NCBI GenBank assembly: GCA_010093815.1
Contig: ML996565.1
DNA: 20,410 nt
Reading direction: 5' to 3' (one strand)
Source of the DNA: Pseudovirgaria hyperparasitica
Lineage: Eukaryota
Shown here piece after piece: positions 10,660-20,410 of this stretch. The notes beneath the pieces were generated by a model. It did not search any database, was not told the origin of the DNA, and was given only the letters and a program-made list of their open reading frames with translations. The number at the start of each line of letters is the position of its first letter. Position 1 is the stretch's first letter. The translations under genes were made by a program, and so were the position numbers.

Positions 10660-13600
10660 GAAGAAGATATCGATTCTAGGGAAACGTAAATATTCTTCTC
10701 TATTAAAGTCTTACGGAGTAGGAATTACTACTTCTACCTAGGTTCGTGTAGCGTCGTCGAGGTATTCCGTAAGTTATTTATAATAGTTTTCCTTATCGCT
10801 ACTCTCCTTATTTTCCTTAGTAATTCTTCTAATTAGTAGTCGCGAGGGCTCGTCGTGACTCTCGTTACTTACATTTCTTATAAAATATTTCTTTAACCTA
10901 TAGCTAGGAAACGTCCCTCTAAGCATGGCTCTATTAAGCTCCGTAAGCTTATAAGTATAATTAAATATAGACTAGATTCTATATGGCCCCCTCTAATACC
11001 ACCTTAGCTTCCGTCCTATATCCTTCTATTACTACGAGTTATATAGGAGGATAATCGTATTAACTAGTAACGACTCTTAATAAAGGTAATAGTTATTATT
11101 CTATACCTCTCTCGATTTCTTACGCGTTCGTGTCGCGTAGGTATAGGCCTTCTTAAGATCCTCGGATCTTCTCTTAAGTTATCTAGCTTAAAGAGCGAGT
11201 AAGTCGGACGTCGATTATACCTCGTCCTAAGGGAGTATTCGGAGCGACTCGAATTCGACTTCGATAGGCATGATTAGTTTATGGCCGAGCACGAGGTATA
11301 CGGTACTATACCCTATACTAGCACGTATTATTATTCTATCTACCTAGACGACCGTATGGAGGTAGCTAGGCTAGTTCTTAAATCCGCCATTAGTTATCTT
11401 CGTAAGAGCATTAGCGAGTAGTATAAAACTTCTCTTAATAATCCTATTTACTCGGGGATTATACGTAGATATAACCTTCTAATAAATTCTATAGAGTCGG
11501 AGGAGCTCCTCTATAGTATCTATATTTTCTCTACTACTATTATAGGTGATTTTAGGAATAATTCCGTATCTATAGATCACGTTCTTAAAGAGGAACTTTA
11601 TAATAACTATAGACGTGGCCGTCGTATATACCTCCGCCTTAGTCTATCCGCTTAGCTATTCTCGTATAGATACTACTTTACTATACCCTATAGAAGGTAG
11701 TAGCGTCGTTACGTCTAAGTATATTCTTTACTAAAGAATAGGCGTTATAACGTGGTAGAGCCCTTTATTAAGACCTCCGAGGAGTTTACTTCGTTATTAA
11801 TATTTATTATAGGTTTTCACGTGCTATCGTACGTCTCTACGTATACCTACCCACTAATACTTATCCTTAATCCTTCTAAGGGTCCCTTTACTACCTCTAT
11901 AATCTATCTCGTCGTAAGTAGCGGTAATTATATACGCCCTAGTATTCGGATCCTTAATTACTCGTGTATGTTAGCGATGTCTATCTCCTCTCCGCTAGAG
12001 TATTCGGTTACGTATAAGGAACTTTAGGTAGTCGGTTATAAAGGCCTTATACGCTCGGTTAGTTAGGTCGGTTAGCCTCTTAAGTATAGTAAGGTATTTC
12101 GTAATCCTCTACTATTTATTACTATATTCATCTATTAAGGGAGACTTAATAGCGGTATAATCGAGTATCTCTATTATGTAATCTCTCCCGCTAATAGGCT
12201 TAATTAATAACGTCTCTAGTACGTCTATATATAGAGCTATATCCATAAACTCGTCTAGGTTAAAGGTAGGGACGTCTAGTGGTTCTTCTCCTTTATATAT
12301 CCGTAAGATACTATCGGCGACTATATTACGCTTCCTAGGTTCGTGCCTAACTATAAAGTTCTATAGCTAAATCTACGCAAGCCACCTAGTAACGAGCGCC
12401 CCTAGTAAGTTAGTTATAGTGCGGTTAATTTAAGTAACTAGAGTATTCGTATCTATTTCTATAATAAAGTATATACTATAGAGGTATTACCGGAACTTCT
12501 ATAACGCGTGGAGGAGGGCTTAGTACTCTAGCTTCACGGTATCGTAGTTTCTCTTAGCTTTTAACTATATTCCTCTATTATACCGCGATAGCTAACGTTT
12601 ATAATCCTCGTTCTCCTATATTAATATAGCTCCCTACCTAACGTTACTAGAGTCTACTACTAGGATTATATCTCCCGTACCTATCCCATACCGTAACGTT
12701 ATTAGTACGGGAGTAGTAGTTAGAGCTATCTTTAGCGCGTCCATTAAGGTCTACTCCTTAGCTATCTACTACTAGGCCGATTTATTCTTTAATAGTATAA
12801 ATAGCGGCGATGCGATAATAGCGTACCCGGGGATCTATATCCGGAAATATATATAAACGCTAAGGAAGGCTCGCATATTCGTCGTGTTTTTATAGGGTTT
12901 CTAGTCTCTAATAGTAGTAACCTTTTTATTACTTGGTCGCCTCCCTTTAATATCGTAGACGTATTCTATAACGTTAGCGGCTTTAATATACTACTAAGTC
13001 TTCTTACTACTTAGGGCGTATCTAGCGCGCTCTATATCCGTAAGAACCTTATCCACGTTAATTAAATATTCTAGAATATACCTACGAATTCTAGGCAGGG
13101 CCTCCTTAGAGTTATATTTTATTATAGGTCCTTTAATACCTAAGTTATCTAGGAATAGTAGAGCCCTCTCCGGGATATATTCTTATATAATAGTTAACAT
13201 GATTCTAATGAACTAAGCTACTAAATTAGTAGCCCCTTAAGGTAATATTATCCCGTATAGTAATTCTAGAGGCGTTATAAACCCCGTTAAGTCTCGGTAA
13301 TACTCTACTAATAGAATCTAATCGTATCCTAAGAAGAAGTCGGTAAACGTTAAGACGGCTATCCCTATAAAGTACTCCGAGAACTCTTTATACGAGGGCG
13401 GCGTGGCCGTATTACGAATGGTAACTCGGTTAATTTCTATCGCTAAATTAATTAACCTATAATCTCGTTCCTTATTAGCTTCCTTCTTCTTTTCCACGAG
13501 AAAATAGGCGTTTTAATAAGGACTACTATAGGGCTCGAGCCTTCCGCTATTAAGACGCTCTTTTAGGATCGTGAGTACCTTCCTATAAAGGGCTCTAGAA

Positions 13601-14100
13601 ATATTAAAGTTTTTAGCCTACTATACCTTATATTCCACCGTTTAGATCTCCTACGAAGGTGCCATCTCTTTATTAAATTTACTAAGGTATAAGAATTTCT
13701 ATACTAGTACTTCCTCGCAATATAATAAGATTATATATAGTAACTTAAGTTCCGTAGGACGTAGCTCTATTCTAATCTTTAGCTAACTTATATATAGAGG
13801 CGTTAGACGTGTTTCTAGCGGGATAGTTACCCTTTAAGGCTCTATTAGCCTATTAAACGCGTTAAGGCCTAGGTGGACGGCTAGAAGAAGTATCTACTAT
13901 GCGATTACTCGTTCACGCTAGTCTAGATACCCTAATAGATTTCTAGAAACCTTTCGGTGGGCTTCGGAGTCATCCACGGGGTGTACTTTAACTCCCTTTC
14001 TTTTATATATAGTGGCTATACTAAATCCCTTTAATACCCCGGATGAATACCATCTTTAGAGGCCGGTAGAGCCTACTATAAGCCGTTCTATTATCGTGCC
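10660..14100 (-). pseudogene. Element C pol (RT, RNase H, integrase, GPY/F; no chromodomain seen), RIP-inactivated
   Basis: YKRKGVKVHPVD ~14010, RLEP(C)..PY(R)NAYFLVEKK ~13520, FLDN (=FLDD) 13144-13155, ILVVDSS..G(W)GAIL ~12650, KFLF(E)NVI(C)RYG ~11590, YNPR.NGII(E)R ~11450, KLRWY(W)RGPYRI ~10990. Confidence 0.92.
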
Positions 14101-14289
14101 TTATTTATATACGAAGGTAGCGTACCTTACCGCCGTAACTAGGGCGGCTAAGTTATCTTTTCTCGATAACCAAGTAATATTTTTAGGCCGGATTTTCTCG
14201 GAAAGTAACTCTATATAACTTATTTCTATATCCGTATAAAAATATAGCCTATCCCCTTCGTTAGTAGGTTTACTAGACTCTATTTAGTA

Positions 14290-14328
14290 CGGATTATTAG
14301 TTAAGGGTAGCCCTTAACTAATAATCCG
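14290..14328. repeat. Palindrome copy 4, 18-bp arms, loop TAG
   Basis: CGGATTATTAGTTAAGGG-TAG-CCCTTAACTAATAATCCG, between protease and RT of element C. Confidence 0.97.
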
Positions 14329-14369
14329 GCTTAACTCCGGCTTCCGGCGATATACTCCGCTATATAGTT

Positions 14370-17130
14370 AGTCTCTAGCTATAGAGTTACCCTCCTTCTC
14401 TAAGACTAGAATATACTTATCTAGACTAGTTTCGAAGGTTATACGTTCTTATCTATATACGGAGTAGACTATTAAGAGTACTTATCCGGAGGCTAACCTC
14501 TATACTATAAGTAAGGCCTATCTAGTATATAGCTCCCCTAGGATAAGGTCATGATTAAGTTTACTATATATAAATATTAAAGTAGCCGTAACGATCCGAC
14601 CTATATAGATAGGGTATTACTATACTATTCCCACGAATAGAGTACTATACTAAGTAGCGCTAACTAAACTCGAGTTCTTTATATATAGTAGAAGCGAAGA
14701 TATTACTAGCCCGAGACGCCTTATAGTATCTAGTCGAATACTATTTATCTATACGCCACTATCGAATAGTACTATACTAGTTACCCTTTTAGAACTAACT
14801 TCTACGGGGTACCTTAGACACTCGGCTACTAGCCTTACTATCTCTTCCTTAAGCTAATTAATATCTTGTTATATAATGGCTATCCCCGTAGTATAGAGGG
14901 GTACTAATACGTTAAGTTTATTTATCTTAGAAGCCATAGTATGGTCGTTTCTTCCTTTCTTCTTAGCTCTCTCTTCTTAAGTCTTATAGACCTCTCTAGC
15001 TATAAAGTTAGGGGCGCCCTTCTTGAATACCGTATAACGTAAGTTACTATTAAGGCTTAATAGTTTACTAATAGTAATGTTTATGGTTGTCCCTAGAACG
15101 CGTACTAGCCATGCTTCGCTAGCTTCTATACTTAGCCGCTATCCTTCGCGTAGATAGTTATTAAGCTTAATATCTTAGATACGTGCCTTTTAACTAGGAT
15201 TTAGGCTATCCCCTTTATCTATCTTATCCTCCGGCGCCGTTAGCTCTTATTTAGACGTTCTCTAGTCGCTACTCTTCTTGCCGTCCTTCTATTCCTTAAT
15301 AATTCTTATATACTACTCTTTACGCATTCCGCAGAGACGGGTAATCTTTCTTTCCTTAGTATAATTAGGTATACTCTTCGTAATCCCCCTTCTAGATATT
15401 ATAAGTATAGCGGGCTCTTCTAGGGCCATCTCCTTATAGATATATCTATTACTAGCCACGTCGAAGCGTTCGTAGAATTCTATATATCTATCTTTCTTAC
15501 TCTCGGGCGATATAACTTCTTCTTCCGAATTACTATCTACTAAGATCTAGTAGAGACCCTTTATAGATTTTATACTAATACTATATACTAGTACTCTCTA
15601 TGAAGCGTTAATATTTACTACGGACATGGAAACCTTTACTCCTTCTCTATACTAGCTTAGGCCGTTTTAAACCGTTACTACGTAGTTCCGGATAGCTTAT
15701 AGAGTAGCTTATGGCCCTACCGAGGAGGGTAGTAATGGGATTTCTTCTCCGTTCGCCCCGAAACGCCCTTAGAACACTTGTACCCTATTAATATTTAGTA
15801 ATCCGTCTCTAATATATCCTACTATCTCCGGATATCTATATATTAGGTAATCTCCTCCGTACGTGATACATATAATTAGTCTTTAAGGCCTATCCTAGAC
15901 TATAACGCCTTCTTAGGAGTCTCGGGTAGAGACGTATTCTCTATTCTATATATAATTCTATGGATAAACTTACGTTAGTTCCATAGGCATACCTCATACT
16001 TAGAGATATACTAAAAGATTTAGCCTTCACGCCTACTAGTTAATAATAGCCGAAAGTAGCTTAGGTTCGTACTTCTTAAGGGATAGGAATAAGGGATTAG
16101 AGGTAAAGTAGGACTTTATCTTAATTAACGTAAGGTCTAGTTTACTAAATCTCTCTACTATCTCGTTAAACTTATCCGATCCTAGCGCGATATATACTAT
16201 GACTAGAGAGGGGTAGTTAAATTCATTAGTTCTTCTTTCTTTATGTAACTACTCTTCTAAGCCGGTCTTCTTACTCCCTATCTTTAATTTATAGTATATA
16301 GCTATAGCTAGCTCTTATACGGCTAAGTGCTTATTAATATAAGCTAGTTCCTTAAGTACTCTAGCCTTTCGTAATACGAAGCCATAGATAATTACCTAGT
16401 TATAACTATATACTTCTATCGTGAGTTAATATTTCTCTATAGCCTAAGCCTTAAGACTATTAGGTAGCCCTTCTAGGAAGAGCTCTATTCGCGAATATAA
16501 GCTTAGGCTTCCTTTAGTTATAAGTTTCTCCGTGATAATACGATACCGGGAGTAGTATATAGAGAGAGAGTAGGATGGGTCTACTTTAACCATTTCCACG
16601 TATTTTTAGATAAAGTAGATGGTGCCTTCCTCGAGGGTAGAGTTAAATAGAGAGAATTCCTTTAATAATTCTTCACGTAGCGTGGCCTACTACTATTTCT
16701 AAAACCTACTTATTCCTTTAATAGTAGGACGGAGATAGTCCTCGTAGTATAACGGTAGGGAGATTATCTTCTTATTAGGTGGAACTTTATAGTTTATATA
16801 CATGTCCTCGTACTTCCGAAGGAAGGCCGTAATATTTATTTCTTTAAAGCGCTTAGGGGCTAGGGTAGGTAGAGATACTATCCTTCCTTATCGCGCAAAT
16901 ACTACGAAGAAGTTAAGTATCTCTCTACGAGTTACTAGGTCGTTATTTTAAGCTCCTATCGCACTATTACTAGTAGTAGGTATACTAGTAGAGACGCTAG
17001 GGGTAAGGTTATTAGTTAAGGGATTACCTTAACTAAAGGTTAGCCTAATACGTCTACCTATAACACCTATTATCCCTTCTCTATATTAACTAATCCCTTT
17101 ATAAGGTAAACTATTACTATCGTCTTTATC
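14370..17130 (-). pseudogene. Element C gag plus aspartic protease, RIP-inactivated
   Basis: NITAFLRKYEDM(C)..Y....LPLY(C) gag N-terminus ~16750-16850, Cx2Cx3Hx4C knuckle 15832-15870, protease VLFDSG (DSG 14755-14763) and HDLILG ~14540. Ends are approximate. Confidence 0.85.
17009..17036. repeat. Palindrome copy 5 (variant centre)
   Basis: TTATTAGTTAAGGG-ATTA-CCTTAACTAA: same arm sequence and spacing, different central bases. Confidence 0.8.
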
Positions 17131-17519
17131 GATATAAGGTTCACGGTATCCTACTTATGTTATTATCTTTATGTAAGGCGTTCCTAAAGTAGTATACTCG
17201 TGTGGCCGTGTTTATAAATAATAGCTATGGTAGTACTAAACAGGTTATATTTATTATTTTTAAACTCTTCTTTACTACTTCATCTAGCCCTATTTTATAT
17301 TCTATTCCCCTAAGACATTTTCGAGTCGCGCTATTACCCGTGTTAGTATACGCATGCTTTTTATAGCTACTTTTAAGAGGCTAGCCCCTAGCGACTCTAG
17401 ACTCCCTATTTTCCGGACTCGTGGCTTCGATCTAGTAAGTCTAGACTATCTTATTAGGCACGCTATATACTTCCCCTAAGCTAGTTTCGGAGTCCTAATC
17501 TCCCCCTATAAGTTTATAG

Positions 17520-17536
17520 TCTAGGTATAACCTCTA
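17520..17536 (-). other. Primer binding site, probably tRNA-Gln (RIP-ed)
   Basis: Minus strand TAGAGGTTATACCTAGA starts 4 nt after the 5' LTR. It differs only by transitions from TGGAGGTCGTGCCCGGG, the complement of a fungal tRNA-Gln 3' end as I recall it (not searched). Confidence 0.6.
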
Positions 17537-17540
17537 AAAT

Positions 17541-17912
17541 TATAGTAAGCTATCGCTACGTGTATCCCTTTTATAAATAGCTATGTTCCTAGTATAGTAG
17601 TCGCGACGAACTTACAAGTATCTCTCCTAGGTATTATAAGTTCTCTTTAAATGTACGACTTCTTATTAGTTCTCTTTTACGATAGGACGGGTCTATATAA
17701 TACTCTTAATCAATTCTTTAATAGCTAAGCCTAATAATTAATACCTATAGAGGCCCATGAACGTAAGGAAAGGTCGAATAGTCGAATATTAGTAATGGGG
17801 GAAGCGCGCCGAGCAGAATGGCTAAGGAAAACGCCCTCCTTAAATATATAATGAAGCCATGTAATCGAGCTAGGGACATATACATATAGAGCTGTAGGAG
17901 CGGCCTTCCACA
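17541..17912 (-). repeat. 5' LTR of element C
   Basis: Begins TGTGGAAGG on the minus strand and ends TA (RIP-ed CA). Followed by the PBS. Confidence 0.96.
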
Positions 17913-17916
17913 ATAT

Positions 17917-19209
17917 ATAAAAGACTATATAAAAACTTATAACGTTTACTAGTATACGAAAGTATATAGATACTTACTATATAGTAAATTAATGCTATTA
18001 CCTATACTAAAGAAGGCATGGAAGGAATTATCTATGGATTTTTTTATAGATCTACCCCTAAGTAAGTATTCTAGATATATTTATAATAGTTTACTCGTAG
18101 TTCTAGATAGATTTATAAAGATATTATACTATATCCCTATAAGGAAGACGATCTAAGCACCGGATCTTATAGATATACTACTCCGTGACGTAGTTCGGCT
18201 CTATAGTATACTAAACGGTATAGTTTCGAATAGAGGTCCGTAGATAACGTCTAAATTTTAGAAGGATTTCTACTATACACTAGGAATTAAGCGGAAACTT
18301 AGTACTACGTTCCATCTATAAATAGATAGATAGATAGAGTGGTAGAACTAGATAGTCGAGGCGTATTTACGCGTATATTATAACTATAAGTAGAATAACT
18401 AGATAAGGTTAGTCTATATCGCGGAATTCGCGTATAATAATAGCCGATATACGTTAACCCACGTAAGTCCGTTCGAAGTAAACTTTAGTCGGAACCATAA
18501 TATATAGTTCTTAGAGACTTAGTTTAAAGTAGAACGACCTAACGTTAAAGTAATAGAAATTACTATAGAACTATTCTAAATATAAAGAAGTGTTATAAAG
18601 TTACTATAAGNNNNNNNNNNGACTTAGTTTAAAGTAGAACGACCTAACGTTAAAGTAATAGAAATTACTATAGAACTATTCTAAATATAAAGAAGTGTTA
18701 TAAAGTTACTATAAGATACTACGGATTATAGTAAATCGCACTATAATAAGAGTAGAAAACCCATAATCTTTAATGTTAGGGATAAAGTTTTACTAAATAG
18801 TAAGAATATTCATAGTATTAGGCTAAAGAAGAAGCTTAACTATACGATAATAGATCTATATAAGATTACTCGTGTAATTAATAACTAGGTATACGAGTTA
18901 TAACTCCCTCCTACGTTAAAGATATATAATATATTCTATATTACGCTTCTTAAGCTATTTCATGCCTTATTATTACCGGATCGTTCTAAATAAATACTAT
19001 ATAAAGTAGTTACGTAAGAAGGTATAGATATCTACGAAGTTAAGTAGATACTTAGCTAGTAACACGCCGAAGATAGCACGTAGCTATATAAAATTTATTA
19101 GAAAGGATATAATTCTAATAAAGATACTTAGGAACCTATAATAAATATTAGTAAAGTAGCGATATTAGTATATAAGTAGCGATTAGTAAAGGAAGCCGCG
19201 GAATCGTAG
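17917..19209 (+). pseudogene. Element A pol part 2 (integrase CC, DDE core, GPY/F, chromodomain), RIP-inactivated
   Basis: Resumes in frame with part 1 after removing one ATAT TSD: (V)KDY(V)KT(C)(D)V(C)(Q). WKELSMDF ~18018, VS(D)RGP ~18222, LST(A)FH(P)(Q)(T)DG(Q)(T)E ~18298, chromodomain YEV..IL....YKI.(W)KGY....DT(W)EP ~19033-19150. Confidence 0.93.
18516..18715. other. Assembly gap (10 N, 18611-18620) flanked by an identical 95-bp duplication (unmerged contig overlap)
   Basis: 18516-18610 is identical to 18621-18715. Confidence 0.92.
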
Positions 19210-19699
19210 AGAATTATACTAAAGTATAGTAATTTAACGTTTTTTAGTATAGTTTAGCGCTAAGAATAGCTATCTAAAAGGAAGAAGGTAAAAGAGATAT
19301 AGATCTTTAAAACATTCTAAGGAATTAAGGAACTTCCTTAGAAAGTTTAAACTTAGAACTTTAAAAAATTTAACTAAAAAAGAGACTTAGAAAAATGATT
19401 TACTAAGAGAAATAGACATCAAAAATCGGTACCAATCGGTATAGATCAGTATAGATCACTAAAGAGATTAAAAAAGTTATTATTAAAGAAAGATAAAATT
19501 AAGAAAGCTAAAAGAAAATATAAAGATCTATATAGATCTATATAAACTCGTACTAATCTATCTAGAAGAAGTAAGATCGCTTTAAAATTAAAACCGAAAA
19601 ACCAAAAACGCTAGATAAAAGAGATATATTAGCACCAATCAGTATAGATCTAAACCAATTAAGTCGGAGTAGGAGTAGAAGTACTAATTACCGCGATAG

Positions 19700-20410
19700 T
19701 TATATCTAATTCCTTCCGCTAGTTCTTATTTAGCATAGTATAGAGCTTTATAATATAAGTCTCTAGCCTTTCGTTCCGACACTATAAATTCTATATAGCG
19801 CGCCTTATAGCTATAAACTCCTCTATAGAAACCTATAGAGTAGTAGAACCCGGGATAGAGAGGGACGGACCGGCGCGGGCACGCTAAGAATTATATAAAT
19901 TAGCGAAAAGATTTAACGATCGGTATAGAACTATATACCTTTAGTATAGAAACTTCTAGATTAGAGCTATCTTCCCTAAATTTACGGCTCTTTAGCACGC
20001 GCAAGGAAGGAACCTTAGCCTTTTTACTAGAACCTTTTCTAGGAATTTTAATATCGCTAGTATATAGAAAGAAGTCCGAAGTAGTAGAGATTTTAGTACT
20101 ATTATAAAGATTAATATATATTAGTAAGAATCTATAATAATTTAAGAAAAACGATATTACCTAGTAATTGCGGTAATAATAGCTATAGTAGATTCCGATA
20201 AATCCTTACGGATCTTATTAGAATTATACTTCTAGGCGTAACCCTTACCTTAGGTATATAGCTCGTAGAAAGCCTTCTCTAAGGCGTTGCGATTAGTAGT
20301 ACCACGCTCCTTATTAGTAGGGGTTACTAGAGGCCTAGTAGTAATCTATACTAATATAAGTAAATCTATATAAAGTTCTTTAAACTTACTTAAATACCTA
20401 TAAGTAATAA
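19700..20410 (-). pseudogene. Putative intron-containing gene of unknown function, antisense to element A, RIP-ed; 5' part outside window
   Basis: Candidate introns 20160-20099 (62 nt, GTAATA..ACTAAT..TAG) and 19938-19884 (55 nt, GTATAT..GCTAAT..TAG). Splicing both keeps one frame, reading ...NALEKAFYEL...SKKAKVPSLR...(P)KRARAGP...EEF..RR...RNERLE. Confidence 0.5.

Larger units (their letters stand above)
6474..17912 (-). mobile_element. Full-length Ty3/Gypsy LTR retrotransposon (element C, 11,439 bp) with an extra third ORF, RIP-inactivated
   Basis: Two 372-bp LTRs, ATAT TSD (6470-6473 and 17913-17916), PBS and PPT in the expected positions, gag-PR-RT-RH-INT order on the minus strand. Confidence 0.96.

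Noticed and set aside
11752..12027. 91-aa plus-strand ORF
   Set aside because: Antisense to the integrase zinc-finger region of element C.

Overview
AT-rich fungal (Pezizomycotina-type) transposon graveyard, heavily degraded by RIP (strong TpA excess, CpA/TpG depletion, ORFs broken by TAA/TAG codons that revert to CAA/CAG/TGG). It holds three nested retroelements. (A) A + strand chromodomain-bearing Ty3/Gypsy pol (5055-6473 and 17917-19209). (B) A Tad1/I-group LINE (1-5057, (TAT)n tail) that abuts the RT of element A. (C) A complete 11.4-kb minus-strand Ty3/Gypsy element (6474-17912, 372-bp LTRs, ATAT TSD, PBS, PPT) inserted in A's integrase zinc finger. Element C carries a third ORF of about 980 codons that, once RIP is reversed, reads as a PhyH-like 2OG-Fe(II) dioxygenase with an NLS-like N-terminus and a putative Cys/His module. 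The same ~31-39 bp palindrome (TTATTAGTTAAGGG-NNN-CCCTTAACTAATAA) occurs five times inside two unrelated elements. A RIP-ed, apparently intron-containing antisense gene lies downstream of A's pol. No intact gene is present. All protein calls come from manual translation and motif recognition, not database searches, and pseudogene ends are approximate.
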